From contig OY282363.1 in assembly GCA_958295695.1 (NCBI GenBank), positions 1,037,246 through 1,101,245 on the forward strand: a DNA stretch of 64,000 nt. The letters are read 5' to 3'. The notes under the pieces are model-generated. The model made no database searches. It saw only the letters and a program-made list of their open reading frames with translations, and was not told the DNA's origin. This stretch comes from an uncultured Alphaproteobacteria bacterium. Its GTDB lineage: Bacteria; Pseudomonadota; Alphaproteobacteria; SP197. This document shows, in pieces, positions 53,126-63,757 of the stretch; within the stretch, counting starts at the first letter, position 1, and each line of letters starts with the position of its first letter. The translations under genes and the position numbers were made by a program.

Positions 53126-53273
53126 AAAGGTCTTCCCCGACCTCCTTGCGCCGGTCGCCGCGCGGCCATCGCCCGACTCGCGGCCAGACGCCCACAGTGT
53201 TACAATCGCCGGCGACCCGGGAGAGCCGTCTTGGGGAAGTCCTTTCAAAACGCCATGTTCGGAGGAGCGAACC

Positions 53274-54395
53274 ATGTTCACACACGATCCCGTAGACCAA
53301 CTGCTGTCGGGCCGAATGGATCGGCGTACACTCGGCAGGACGCTCGGCTCGCTTGGCATCGGCGTCGCGGCCGTGCCGCTCGTCGCGCGGGAAACGAGGG
53401 CCGACGAGGAGGAGGTCAACTTCTTCACTTGGGCGGGCTATGAAAACCCCGTGCTCCATCAGAGCTACATCGACAAATACGGTAGCTCGCCCAGCATCGC
53501 GTTCTTCGGCGGCACCACCGAGGCCAAGAACAAGATTCTCGCAGGGTACAAGACCGACATCGGCCATCCCTGTTCGGGTGGCGTCACGGAATGGTATGCG
53601 TCCGGGATCATCGCGCCGTTCGATACCGGCCGAATGAAGCACTGGAACGACTACTTCGAGCCTCTCAGGAACATCGGCTCGACCCTTACGGCGGAAGGCG
53701 AAAACCTGTTCGTTCCATGGGACTGGGGCAATTCGTCGATCCTCTACCGCACCGACCTCGTGGACATCGAGGAAGAATCCTGGGGTCTGCTCTTCGACGA
53801 GCGCTACGAGGACAGGCTTGCGACCTACGATTCGCCGCAGGCCGGCGTGCAAGTCGCGGCCCAGGTGCTCGGCTTCACGAACCTCGAGTCGCTGAGCGAC
53901 GAGCAGCTCGTCGAGGTCAGGAAGCTCCTGGAGAAGCAGCGCTCGTTGCTGCGGTTCTATTGGGAAAGCCAGTCCGAGGCGGGCCAGGCCATGGTCTCCG
54001 GCGAGTTGGTCGCGACCTACGCCTGGAACGATCTCTACAAAACGGTTAGCGACCAGGGGATTCCGGTGAAGTACATGTCGCCCAAGGAAGGCGCGCGCAA
54101 CTGGGTCTGCGGGTTCGTGCTGACCAGCGCCGACAACCGCGTCGCCAGCGACGAGCGCGTCTACGATTTCCTCGACGCCATGATGTCGCCCGAAACCGGC
54201 GCCTTTCTGATCGACGAGTTCAGCTACGGTTCGGCCAACAGCAAGGCCTTCGACCTGGTTTCGCCCGAGCGCGTCGCCGAGGTCGGTCTGTCCGATCCCG
54301 AAGCCTTCCTCGCAAAGGGCATCCTGGCGCCCATTCCGCCCGAGTTCGACGAGAAGTACGTCAACCTGTGGGAACAGGTGAAGCTCGGCATGTAG
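53274..54395 (+). CDS. Tat-signal periplasmic solute-binding protein, PotD/PotF (polyamine) family; orphan, no adjacent permease or ATPase
   Basis: 'MDRRTLGRTLGSLGIGVAAVPLVA' twin-arginine signal. '...VNFFTWAGYENP...', '...YAWNDLYK...' typical of spermidine/putrescine SBPs. Region GC ~60% against ~70% in the flanks. Confidence 0.6.
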   Translation: MFTHDPVDQLLSGRMDRRTLGRTLGSLGIGVAAVPLVARETRADEEEVNFFTWAGYENPVLHQSYIDKYGSSPSIAFFGGTTEAKNKILAGYKTDIGHPCSGGVTEWYASGIIAPFDTGRMKHWNDYFEPLRNIGSTLTAEGENLFVPWDWGNSSILYRTDLVDIEEESWGLLFDERYEDRLATYDSPQAGVQVAAQVLGFTNLESLSDEQLVEVRKLLEKQRSLLRFYWESQSEAGQAMVSGELVATYAWNDLYKTVSDQGIPVKYMSPKEGARNWVCGFVLTSADNRVASDERVYDFLDAMMSPETGAFLIDEFSYGSANSKAFDLVSPERVAEVGLSDPEAFLAKGILAPIPPEFDEKYVNLWEQVKLGM

Positions 54396-54408
54396 CGCAA
54401 GTGCGGCA

Positions 54409-54450
54409 CACCGCCGGGCGGGCGCTTCGTGAGTCCGGCGGTGCGTTTCC
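54409..54450 (+). terminator. Rho-independent terminator candidate after the SBP gene
   Basis: caccgccgg (54409-54417), 17-nt loop, ccggcggtg (54435-54443), then cgTTTcc. Confidence 0.35.
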
Positions 54451-54498
54451 GCCGCGTCGCCCGGACCTTCGCTTCCGCCGCGTCGCGGCGCGGGCCGT

Positions 54499-55590
54499 TC
54501 AGTAGCGGTATTCGTCCGGTTTGAACGGGCCTGTCCGGTCGACGCCGATGTAGCTCGCCTGACGGTCGGTCAGTTCGGTGAGCCTGACGCCGACCTTCTC
54601 CAGATGGAGCATGGCGACCCGCTCGTCGAGGCGCTTGGGCAGGACATGGACCCGCTTGCCGTAGGCGCCCGTGTCGCGGTGGCTCCACAGCTCGATCTGG
54701 GCCAGAACCTGGTTGGTGAAGCTCGCGCTCATCACGAAGCTCGGGTGGCCCGTCGCGCAGCCCAGGTTCACCAGGCGGCCCTCGGCCAGGAGGATGATCT
54801 TCTTGCCGTCGGGGAACTCGATCTCGTCGACCTGCGGCTTGACGTTCGACCACGTGAAGTTCCTGAGAGCCTCGACCTGGATCTCGTTGTCGAAGTGGCC
54901 GATGTTGCAGACGATGGCGCGGTCCTTCATGGCGCGCATGTGCTCGACGGTGATGACGTCGGTGTTGCCCGTGGCGGTGACGAAGATGTCGGCCCTCGGC
55001 GCGGCGTCCTCCATGGTGACGACCTCGTAGCCGTCCATGGCCGCCTGCAGCGCGCAGATCGGGTCGATCTCCGTCACCATCACCCGCGCCCCGGCGCCCC
55101 GCAGCGACTGGGCCGAACCCTTGCCGACGCCGCCGTAGCCCGCGACCGCGGCCACCTTGCCCGCCATCATCACGTCCGTCGCGCGGCGGAGGCCGTCGGT
55201 CAGGCTCTCCCGGCAGCCGTAGACGTTGTCGAACTTCGACTTGGTCACGGAATCGTTGACGTTGAAGGCCGGGACCCTGAGCTCGCCCCGCTCCGCCATC
55301 CGGTAGAGGCGCGCCACGCCGGTCGTGGTCTCCTCGCTGACGCCGTGGACGTTCTCCAGCAACTCCGGATACTTCTCGTGCATCGCGAGCGTGAGATCGC
55401 CGCCGTCGTCCAGCAGCATGTTGGGCGTCCAGCCGTCCGGGCCGCGGACCGTCCGGTCGATGCACCGCCAATACTCATCCTCGGTCTCGCCCTTCCAGGC
55501 GAAAACCGGAACGCCAGCGGCGACTCCTGGACCGGACGATCGGGGCGATCGTGGAGGTGTCGACAGCCCGATGTCCGCTCGGGGCGACAC
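54499..55590 (-). pseudogene. ahcY: Adenosylhomocysteinase, intact C-terminal ~330 aa but degenerate/frameshifted 5' region
   Basis: From '[19 protein letters not shown]...' to '...[10 protein letters not shown]' the protein is collinear with SAH hydrolases, including 'GYGGVGKG' (NAD) and '[10 protein letters not shown]'. Upstream, the expected ~95 N-terminal residues are absent. Only faint similarity survives in a different frame (55620-55780, '..FRPGLEAQEAGGARSG..'). The lead frame is closed by a TGA at ~55615. Confidence 0.5.
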
Positions 55591-55946
55591 CGTAAAGCCC
55601 TTGGTGAACGAGCCTCACGGACTATGGCGGTATCGGATCGGCGACGTCCGGCTCATCCATCGACCGGACGCCGGAACGCGCGCCGCCCGCTTCCTGGGCC
55701 TCAAGCCCGGGGCGGAAGCCTATGAGCAGCCCGCCGGCCCCGCGCTCGCGGAAATCCGGGTTGCGGGTCGAGGCAACGGTCAAGAGATCGTCGGGCGCGG
55801 CGCGGCTGTCCCCTCGTTCCAAAACCGGACAGAACATCCGGTCCATCGACCGGTCGCATCGTCCGTTACCGACACCATGGCGCCAAGGCGGTTGTCCCCA
55901 CTCCGCCTCCATGCTAGCCAGCGCGCCGCTTCACCGAGCAGGCGAG

Positions 55947-56489
55947 ATGGCCGACGAGACCACGGACGCCCCGACTCCCGCGACCGCGCCGTCCGCCTCG
56001 GATGACCGACCGCAGCCCAGGCTGGCGCTGCACAGCCAGTTCCTGCAGGACATGTCCTTCGAGAATCCGCGGGGCGCCAAGGGTTTTGCCGACGCGGACG
56101 CGAAGCCGAAGGTCAAGGTCGACCTGAACGTGGATTCGCGCAAGCTCGGCGAGGCGCACTACGAGGTCGCGCTCAGGATCGCGGCCCATGCGACGATCGA
56201 GGAGGAACCCTGTTTCCTCGCCGAGATCGACTACCGCGGCGTCTTCTCGCTGACCGGCGTGGAGGAGAAGATCGTGCCGCGGGCGCTGCTGATCGAAGGT
56301 CCGCGCACCCTCTTCCCGTTCGCCCGCAGGATCCTCGCGGATGCGGTGCGCGACGGCGGTTTCCCGCCGCTCATGCTGGAGCCGGTCGATTTCGCCGGCC
56401 TCTACCGGCAACACGCGCCGCGCAGCGCGGACGAGGCGGGATCCGCGCCTAACCCGGCGCCGTCTCCAGATTCAGCGCGGCGGCCATGA
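55947..56489 (+). CDS. secB: Protein-export chaperone SecB
   Basis: 'PRLALHSQFLQDMSFENP...KVDLNVDSRKLGEAHYEVALRIAAHAT...FLAEIDYRGVFSL...ALLIEGPRTLFPFARRILADAVRDGGFPPLMLEPVDFAGLY'. Confidence 0.85.
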   Translation: MADETTDAPTPATAPSASDDRPQPRLALHSQFLQDMSFENPRGAKGFADADAKPKVKVDLNVDSRKLGEAHYEVALRIAAHATIEEEPCFLAEIDYRGVFSLTGVEEKIVPRALLIEGPRTLFPFARRILADAVRDGGFPPLMLEPVDFAGLYRQHAPRSADEAGSAPNPAPSPDSARRP

Positions 56490-58056
56490 GCGTGCGGGCG
56501 TAGCGCGTCCGCGGCGCCTCGAAGATGGCTTGGGCGCTACCGGTCTCGACGACCTTGCCGTCCTTCATCACGAGCACGTGGTGGCTCATGGCGCGCACGA
56601 CGCGGAGGTCGTGGCTGATGAAGAGGTAGGCGAGGTCGTGGTCGGCTTGGAGCCGGCGCAGGAGCTCCACGATCTGGGCCTGGACCGACATGTCGAGCGC
56701 GCTGGTCGGCTCGTCGAGCACGACGAAACGGGGGCGCAGCACCATGGCCCGCGCGATCGCGATGCGCTGGCGCTGTCCGCCGGAGAACTCGTGGGGATAG
56801 CGGTCCATCGTGGCGGGATCGAGCCCGACCTCCTCCATGGCCCGGCCGACCAGGCGCCGCCGTCCGGCGTCGCCGCCGCCCATGCCGTGGACCCGGAGGC
56901 CCTCGCCCACGATGTCCTTGATCGACATGCGCGGGCTCAACGACCCATAAGGGTCCTGGAAGACGACCTGCATCTCGCGTCTGAGCGGCCGCAGGTCCCT
57001 GAAATCCAGGCCCTGAAGACTTTTTCCGTCGAAGGCGATCCCGCCTTCGCTCGCGATCAGGCGCAGGATCGCCATGCCCAGCGTCGTCTTGCCCGAGCCG
57101 GATTCGCCGACCACGCCGACGGTCTCGCGGGGGCGGACCGCGATGTCGATGCCGTCGACCGCCTTGACATGGCCCACCGTGCGGCGGAGCACGCCGCGCC
57201 CGATGGGGAACCAGACCTTCAGCGCTTCGGTCTCCAGGAGCGGGGCGGCGCCGTCGGGCGCCGGATCGGGGACGCCCCCGGGTTCGGAGGCCAGCAGATG
57301 TTTCGTGTAGTCGTGCCGCGGGTCGTCGAAGACGTCGGCCACTTCGCCCTGCTCGACGATCAGGCCGTCGTTCATCACGCACACCCGGTCGGCGAAGCGG
57401 CGCACGATGGTGAGGTCGTGGGTGATGAAGAGGATGGCCATGCCCAGGCGCGCCTGGAGGTCCTTGAGAAGCTTCAGGATCTGGGCTTGCACGGTGACGT
57501 CGAGCGCCGTGGTCGGCTCGTCGGCGATCAGGAGATCCGGCTCGTTGGCGAGCGCCATGGCGATCATCACCCGTTGGCGCTGGCCGCCCGAGAGCGTGTG
57601 CGGAAAGTCCTTCAGCCGGCCCTTGATGTTGTCCAGGCCCACCAGATCGAGCAGCTCGCGCACCCGCGCCCGCGCGGCGCTCCGGCCCATGCCCTTGTGC
57701 AGCATGAGCGGCTCGGCGATCTGCTTCTCGATCGTGTGGAGCGGATTGAGCGATGTCATCGGCTCCTGGAAGATCATCGAGACCCGGTTGCCGCGCACGC
57801 CGCGCAGGGTCCGTTCGTCGGCCCCGACGATCTCCCGGCCGTCGAAGCGGATCGCGCCCGAGGGGTGGCTCGCCGCCGGCCTGGGCAGGAGCTGGAGCAC
57901 CGAAAGCGCCGTGACCGACTTGCCCGAGCCGGATTCGCCCACCAGCGCGAGCGTCTCGCCCTTCTCGATCGAGAAGCTCACCCCGCGCACCGCGTCGATG
58001 TGACGGCCCTCCACGGCGAACCGGACGGCGAGGTCGTGGACGTCGAGTAGGCTCAT
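56449..58056 (-). CDS. yejF: ABC transporter ATP-binding protein with duplicated ATPase domains (YejF-type)
   Basis: Two Walker A sites 'LALVGESGSGKS' and 'VGVVGESGSGKT'. Two LSGGQRQR signatures. ATG 58056 overlaps the yejE stop (ATGA). Confidence 0.88.
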   Translation of the reverse strand: MSLLDVHDLAVRFAVEGRHIDAVRGVSFSIEKGETLALVGESGSGKSVTALSVLQLLPRPAASHPSGAIRFDGREIVGADERTLRGVRGNRVSMIFQEPMTSLNPLHTIEKQIAEPLMLHKGMGRSAARARVRELLDLVGLDNIKGRLKDFPHTLSGGQRQRVMIAMALANEPDLLIADEPTTALDVTVQAQILKLLKDLQARLGMAILFITHDLTIVRRFADRVCVMNDGLIVEQGEVADVFDDPRHDYTKHLLASEPGGVPDPAPDGAAPLLETEALKVWFPIGRGVLRRTVGHVKAVDGIDIAVRPRETVGVVGESGSGKTTLGMAILRLIASEGGIAFDGKSLQGLDFRDLRPLRREMQVVFQDPYGSLSPRMSIKDIVGEGLRVHGMGGGDAGRRRLVGRAMEEVGLDPATMDRYPHEFSGGQRQRIAIARAMVLRPRFVVLDEPTSALDMSVQAQIVELLRRLQADHDLAYLFISHDLRVVRAMSHHVLVMKDGKVVETGSAQAIFEAPRTRYARTLMAAALNLETAPG

Positions 58057-59093
58057 GACGGCATCTTCCTCGGATCGAAGGCGTCGCGCACCGCCTCGCC
58101 GATGAACGTCAGCAGGGAGAGCATCGCCGCGACCACGACGAACCCCGAGAACCCGAGCCACGGCGCCTGGAGGTTGTTGCGTCCCTGGTTGAGCAGCTCG
58201 CCCAGGGACGGCGAGCCGGGCGGCAGGCCGAAACCCAGGAAGTCGAGCGCGGTGAGCGTGGTGACCGAGCCGTTCAGGATGAAGGGCAGGAAGGTGAGCG
58301 TCGAGACCATGGCGTTCGGCAGGACGTGGCGCGCCATGATGACGCGGTCCGTCACGCCCAGCGCGCGGGCGGCGCGCACGTAGTCGAAATTGCGCGTGCG
58401 GAGGAACTCGGCGCGCACCAGGCCGACCAGGGCGGTCCAGGAGAAGAGCACCATGAGGCCGAGCAGCGTCCAGAAGCTCGGGATGATGACGCTCGCCAGG
58501 ATGATCAGGATGTAGAGCACGGGCACGCCGCCCCAGACCTCCAGCGCGCGCTGCGCCAACAGGTCGATCCAGCCGCCGTAGTAGCCCTGCACGGCGCCCG
58601 CCGCGATCCCGATGACGGAGGACGCCAGGGTGAGCGCGAGGCCGAACAGGACGGAGATGCGGAAGCCGTAGATCAGCCGCGCCGCGACGTCCCGGCCCTG
58701 GTCGTCGGTCCCCAGCCAGTTCTCGGCGGTCGGCGGCGAGGGGGCCGGCGTCGGCAGGTCGTAGTTGATGGTCCGGTAGCTGTAGGGGATGAGCGGCCAG
58801 ACGATCCAGCCGTCCTTCCCGGCGATCAGGTCCTGCACGAAGGGGTCGCGGTAGTCCGCCTCGGTCTCGAAATCGCCGTCGAAGGCGGTTTCGGGGTAGG
58901 CGACGAGGAAGGGCGCGTAAAGTCCGCCGTCGTACCGCACGAGGAGCGGCTTGTCGTTGGCGATCAGCTCGGCCGGCAGCGTGACGAGAAAGAGGACCAG
59001 GAACGCCCAGAACGACCAGTAGCCCCGCCGGTTGGCGCGGAAGTTCGAGAGCCTGCGCCGCGTGAGCGGATCGGAGGAGCGGAACGCCGTCAT
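58053..59093 (-). CDS. yejE: ABC transporter permease (YejE-type, BPD_transp_1)
   Basis: 346 aa. 'MTAFRSSDPLTRRRLSNFRANRRGYWSFWAFLVLFLV...', 6 TM helices, EAA-like loop '...VRAARALGVTDRVIMARHVLPNA'. ATG 59093. Confidence 0.82.
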   Translation of the reverse strand: MTAFRSSDPLTRRRLSNFRANRRGYWSFWAFLVLFLVTLPAELIANDKPLLVRYDGGLYAPFLVAYPETAFDGDFETEADYRDPFVQDLIAGKDGWIVWPLIPYSYRTINYDLPTPAPSPPTAENWLGTDDQGRDVAARLIYGFRISVLFGLALTLASSVIGIAAGAVQGYYGGWIDLLAQRALEVWGGVPVLYILIILASVIIPSFWTLLGLMVLFSWTALVGLVRAEFLRTRNFDYVRAARALGVTDRVIMARHVLPNAMVSTLTFLPFILNGSVTTLTALDFLGFGLPPGSPSLGELLNQGRNNLQAPWLGFSGFVVVAAMLSLLTFIGEAVRDAFDPRKMPS

Positions 59094-59154
59094 CGCCCCG
59101 CCCGCGCCGGGGAAGGAGACGGGAGGCGCGGTCCGCCGGGCGCGTCTCCCGCCA

Positions 59155-60255
59155 TCAGCCGACGTCCCGGCTCTCGAAGTCGATGCGCGGGTCGACCGCG
59201 ACATACATCAGATCGCCGATCAGGTTCATGACGAGTCCGAGCAGCGTGAAGATGTAGAGCGTCGCGAACATCACCGGGTAGTCGCGGTTGATCGCCGCCT
59301 CGTAGCCGAGCAGGCCCATGCCATCGAGCGAGAAGATGATCTCGATCAGCAGCGCGCCGGTGAACAGGATGCCGACGATGGCGCCGGGAAAGCCGGCGAT
59401 GATGATCAGCATGCCGTTGCGGAAGACGTGGCCGTAGAGCACGCGGCGCTCCGTCAGCCCCTTGGCGCGGGCCGTGATGACGTACTGGCTGCGTATCTGG
59501 TCGAGGAACGAGTTCTTCGTCAGCATCGTCAGCGTCGCGAAGCTGCCGATGACCAGCGCCGTCAGCGGCAGCGCCAGATGCCAGAAATAGTCGCCGATCT
59601 GCTGCAGCGTCGTCATGTCGTCGAAGCCGGGCGACACCAGTCCGCGCAGCGGGAAGAACTTCCAGTACGAGCCGCCGGCGAACAGCACCACGAGCAGGAT
59701 GGCGAAGAGAAAGCCGGGAATCGCGTAGCCCAGGATGATCGCGCCGCTGGTCCAGACATCGAACCGGCCGCCGTCGCGCCGGGCCTTGGCGATCCCCAGC
59801 GGAATCGAGACGAGGTAGACGATGACGGTCGTCCACAGCCCCAGGGAGATCGAGACCGGCATCTTCTCGACGATCAGGTTGACGACGGTTTCGCTGCGGA
59901 AGGCGCTCTCGCCGAAATCGAACGAGAGGTAGTTGCCCATCATCAGGAGGAGGCGCTCCACCGGGGGCTTGTCGAGCCCGTACATCTTCTCGAGCTCCTC
60001 GATGAAGCCTTCGGGCAGGCCCCGGGCGCCGCGGTAGAGGCTGTCGCCGTCGGCGCCCGCGCCGGCTGTCGCCGCGAGGTCGCTGCCGCTGCCCGACACC
60101 CGCGCCGTCGCGCCGACGTCCGTGCCCTCGATCTGGGCCAGGATGCGCTCGACCGGCCCGCCCGGCACGAACTGGACGATCGCGAAGTTGATCACCATGA
60201 TCGCGAACAGCGTCGGGATGACGAACAGCAGGCGCCGGACGATGTAGGCGAGCAT
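59155..60255 (-). CDS. yejB: ABC transporter permease (YejB-type)
   Basis: '[34 protein letters not shown]...', '...[27 protein letters not shown]' (EAA motif). Confidence 0.85.
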   Translation of the reverse strand: MLAYIVRRLLFVIPTLFAIMVINFAIVQFVPGGPVERILAQIEGTDVGATARVSGSGSDLAATAGAGADGDSLYRGARGLPEGFIEELEKMYGLDKPPVERLLLMMGNYLSFDFGESAFRSETVVNLIVEKMPVSISLGLWTTVIVYLVSIPLGIAKARRDGGRFDVWTSGAIILGYAIPGFLFAILLVVLFAGGSYWKFFPLRGLVSPGFDDMTTLQQIGDYFWHLALPLTALVIGSFATLTMLTKNSFLDQIRSQYVITARAKGLTERRVLYGHVFRNGMLIIIAGFPGAIVGILFTGALLIEIIFSLDGMGLLGYEAAINRDYPVMFATLYIFTLLGLVMNLIGDLMYVAVDPRIDFESRDVG

Positions 60256-60277
60256 GGCTGGGAACCCCCGCGCCGTC

Positions 60278-62107
60278 CTACCGTTCTTCCGCTTCGAGCC
60301 TGGCCTCGAGCGCGGCTTCGCGCCCGGCGTCGATCCACCATGCGTTGAAGACGAGACCGTCGTCGGGCGTGACCCCGGGCCGGCCGAACTTGTCCCAATG
60401 GGCCACGCGGTCGTAGCGGATGTGCCAGTTGGGAATGACGTAGTGGCCCCAGCGCAGCACGCGGTCGAGGGCGCGCGCGGCGGCGACCAGCTCCTCCCGG
60501 TCGTCGGCGAAGACGATCTCCTCGACCAGGGCGTCGACCGCCGGGTCCGTGAGGCCCAGCGTGTTGCGGCTGCCTTCGATGCCGGCCATGGCGGAGGTCC
60601 AGTAGTCGCGCTGCTCGTTGCCCGGGGAGCGCGACTGGCCGAAGACGTCGACCGTGACGTCGAAATCGAAGGTCTCCATGCGCCGTTCGTACTGCGAGGC
60701 GTCGACGATGCGGACGTCGACCGCGACGCCGAGCCGTTCCAGGTTGCGCGCGAACGGTTGCACGATGCGCTCGAAGGCGGGCTGCACGATCAGGACCTCG
60801 AAGGCCATGACCTCGCCCTCCGGCCCCGTCAGCGCGCCATCCCGGATCGTCCAGCCGGCGTCCTCGAGCAGCGCCTTGGCCTTGCGCAACCGGTCGCGGA
60901 TGTTACCCGATCCGTCCGTCGTCGGCGGGATGTAGACCTCGCCGAACACCTCCTCGGGCAGCCGGTCGCGGAGCGGCTCCAGGAGCGCCGTTTCGGCCTC
61001 GTCCGGCGCGCCTTCCGCGGCGAGGTCCGAGTTGGAGAAGTAGCTCACCGTGCGGTCGTACTGGCCGTAGAACAGGTTCTCGTTGGACCACTCGAAGTCG
61101 AAGGCGTGGCCCAGCGCCTCGCGGACCCTGGCGTCCCGGAACAGCGGACGGCGCAGGTTGAAGATGAACGCCTGCATCCCGGTCGGCCGCGAATGGCCGA
61201 TCTCTTCCCTGACGATGAGGCCGTTGTCGAAATTGGGGCCGGTGTAGGCCGTGGCCCAGAGCTTCGAGTTGTTCTCCGTCCGGAAGTCGTACTCGTGGGC
61301 CTTGAAGGCCTCGAGCGCGATGTCGAAGTCGAGGTACTCGTCGTAACGGATGGTGTCGAAATTATGGAAGCCGACCTGCGCGGGAACGTTCGCGCCCCAG
61401 TAGTCGGCGACGCGGCCGTAGGTGATCGAGCGGCCGGGATCGACATCGACGACCTCGTAGGGACCGCTGCCGAGCGGCGGGTCCAGCGTCGTGGCGGCGA
61501 AGTCGCGGTCCTCGAACCAGTGCTTCGGAAGCACCGTCATCTGGCCCACGATCAGCGGCAGTTCCCTGTTGCCCGGCGCGTCGAACGTGAAGCGGACCCA
61601 GCCGTCGCCCTCGTCGGTCGCGGCCACGACGTTGGCGTAGTAGGCGGCGTAGTAGGGATGGCCCTCTGTGGTGAGCGTCTCGAAGGTCCATACCACGTCG
61701 CCGGCCGTGACCGGCATGCCGTCGTTCCAGCGCGCCTCGGGCCGCAGCTTGAAGGCGACCCAGGAGCGGTCCTCCGGCATGCGGACCGTCTCGGCGAGCA
61801 GGCCGTATTCGGAGAACGCCTCGTCGGCGGAGCTCTTGAGCAGCGTGTCGTAGACCGGGCCGAGGCCGGGCGCTGCCTGGCCCTTCAGGGTGAAGGGGTT
61901 GAGCGTGTCGAAACCGCCGAAGGACCAGAGCCTGACGTCGCCGCCCTTGGGCGCGTCGGGGTTGACGTAGTCGAAATGCGCGAACCCGGCGGGATACTTC
62001 AAATCGCCGTACATCGAGAGGCCGTGGCCCTCGTGGACGCCGCCGTCCTGGGCGGACGCGGGCGCGGCGAGAAGCAGGCCGGCGAGAAGGGCGGTCGGGA
62101 CGCGCAT
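60278..62107 (-). CDS. yejA: Periplasmic solute-binding protein family 5 (YejA-type oligopeptide/microcin C-like)
   Basis: Signal peptide '[21 protein letters not shown]'. 609 aa SBP_bac_5 body. AAGGAG RBS before ATG 62107. First gene of the yejABEF operon on the minus strand. Confidence 0.85.
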   Translation of the reverse strand: MRVPTALLAGLLLAAPASAQDGGVHEGHGLSMYGDLKYPAGFAHFDYVNPDAPKGGDVRLWSFGGFDTLNPFTLKGQAAPGLGPVYDTLLKSSADEAFSEYGLLAETVRMPEDRSWVAFKLRPEARWNDGMPVTAGDVVWTFETLTTEGHPYYAAYYANVVAATDEGDGWVRFTFDAPGNRELPLIVGQMTVLPKHWFEDRDFAATTLDPPLGSGPYEVVDVDPGRSITYGRVADYWGANVPAQVGFHNFDTIRYDEYLDFDIALEAFKAHEYDFRTENNSKLWATAYTGPNFDNGLIVREEIGHSRPTGMQAFIFNLRRPLFRDARVREALGHAFDFEWSNENLFYGQYDRTVSYFSNSDLAAEGAPDEAETALLEPLRDRLPEEVFGEVYIPPTTDGSGNIRDRLRKAKALLEDAGWTIRDGALTGPEGEVMAFEVLIVQPAFERIVQPFARNLERLGVAVDVRIVDASQYERRMETFDFDVTVDVFGQSRSPGNEQRDYWTSAMAGIEGSRNTLGLTDPAVDALVEEIVFADDREELVAAARALDRVLRWGHYVIPNWHIRYDRVAHWDKFGRPGVTPDDGLVFNAWWIDAGREAALEARLEAEER

Positions 62108-62126
62108 CGCACACTCCTTCGGCGGG

Positions 62127-62988
62127 TCACGGGCGGAGGGCCCTATCGTAGCGGCCGCGCCGGTTTGCGCCAGCCGTTGGATCGAGGGGCTGCGGACCCC
62201 GGCGCGCCGGCGCGAGGCGTTCCAGCGCCGGCTCCAACAGGGCCGGATCGCCCACGGCCAGCAGGGTCCCATCGCTCGCGGGTCCCAAGGGGTCGCCGTT
62301 CCAGTCGGTGGCGCGTCCGCCGGCCGCCTCGACCAGGGCGGCGCAGGCGGCCCAGTCGTCCTCGCCCAGTTCGGCGTCGACGATGACGTCGATCAGGCCC
62401 GCGGCGAGCGAGCCGGGGTCCGAGACATCGGCGCCGAACAGGCACCGGCGGCATGCGCGCTGCAGCGGGCGCATGCGCGTCCACGACGCGCGGGCCACCG
62501 CGCCGGGCCCCGACGAGCTCGCGACCGCGTCCCCGAGACCGCGGCAGGGGCGCGTCGCGACCGGCGCGCCGTTGAGCGTCGCGCCGGCGCCGGCCACGCC
62601 CACCCAGCGGTCGCCCCGGGCGCTGTGGTCCGCGACGCCCAGGACATAGCGGCCGCCGCGCCGCAGGCCGATCAGCGTGCCGAACAGGGGAATGCCCGCG
62701 ACGTAGTATTTCGTGCCGTCGAGCGGGTCGATGGCCCAGACGAACTCGGCGTCGGCCTGGTGGTCGTCGCATTCCTCTCCGATCGCGCCGTCCTCGGGGC
62801 GCGCCGCCGCGACCATCTCGCGCAGGCGCCGTTCCACCGCGCCGTCGAGCTCGCTCACCGGGCTCGCGTCGTCCTTCATTCCGGTGGCGAACGCGCCGCG
62901 GAACCGTTCCATCAGCATGACGCGCGCCGTGTCGGCCATGGCGTGCGCCAGGGCGATGCGGTCGGGCGAGACGGTCATCGGCCCTGTC
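62127..62988 (-). CDS. Inositol monophosphatase family protein (paralog 2)
   Basis: '...FVWAIDPLDGTKYYVAGIPLFGTLIGL...GRYVLGVADHSA...WDAACAALVEAAGG' IMPase motifs (DPLDGT, WD). Confidence 0.7.
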
Positions 62989-63757
62989 CCAGCAGCGCGA
63001 TCAGCGCGCCGTGCGCCGCCGCGTCGCCCGCGCTCACGATGCGGCCCGCATAGCCCGCGTCGACCGGGTTGCCGGCCGTGTCGGTCAGGAGCCCGCCGGC
63101 GTTGCGCACCACGGGCTCGATCGCGGCGATGTCGGTGGGATCGAGCGCCCCGTCGATGGCGAGGTCGAGCGCGCCGCTGGCGACCAGGCCGTGCATCGTC
63201 GCCTCCAGCCCGAAGAGCTGCCAGCGCATGGCGTCCCGGGTCGGCGCGAGCAGGGGGTCGTCCTCCTCGTCGGCCCAGTCGGGGCCGACCGAGCCCGCGA
63301 CCGCCTCGACCAGGCTGGCGCAGGGCCGCGTGGCGACCGGCGCGCCGTTGTGCGTCGCGCCGTGGCCGTCGGCGCCGATCCAGCGTTCGCCCAGGGCCGG
63401 GACGTCGATGACGCCCAGGACGTAGCGCCCGCGATGGGCGATCCCGATCAGGGTGGCGAAGCTGGCGCGGCCGTGCAGGAACGACCTCGCGCCGTCCAGG
63501 GGGTCGATCGACCAGAGCCACTCGGCGTCGGGCCGGTCGGCGCCGAATTCCGCGCCGAGCACGCCGTGGTCCGGCCGGGCCGCCGCGATCGCGGCCCGGA
63601 TGGCTTCTCCGGCTTCCCGGCCGGCCTCGGTGACGGGGCTCCCGTCGGGCTCGAGCTCCATGCCGACGCCGCCGCGCCAATGGCGCATCAGGATCGCGCC
63701 GGCCTCGTCGGCGGCGCGGCAGGCGAGATCGATCAGGTCGCGGGACACTGCGGGCAT
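62975..63757 (-). CDS. Inositol monophosphatase family protein (paralog 1; histidinol-phosphatase HisN-like)
   Basis: '...EWLWSIDPLDGARSFLHGRASFATLIGIAH...GRYVLGVIDVPALGERW...' . ~50% identity to the downstream paralog. 14-bp overlap. Confidence 0.7.
   Translation of the reverse strand: MPAVSRDLIDLACRAADEAGAILMRHWRGGVGMELEPDGSPVTEAGREAGEAIRAAIAAARPDHGVLGAEFGADRPDAEWLWSIDPLDGARSFLHGRASFATLIGIAHRGRYVLGVIDVPALGERWIGADGHGATHNGAPVATRPCASLVEAVAGSVGPDWADEEDDPLLAPTRDAMRWQLFGLEATMHGLVASGALDLAIDGALDPTDIAAIEPVVRNAGGLLTDTAGNPVDAGYAGRIVSAGDAAAHGALIALLGQGR

Noticed and set aside
55622-55912. 96-aa ORF 'MEAEWGQPPW...' upstream of ahcY
   Set aside because: No recognisable family. Read as the decayed 5' region of ahcY rather than a separate gene. 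Kept as part of the ahcY finding.
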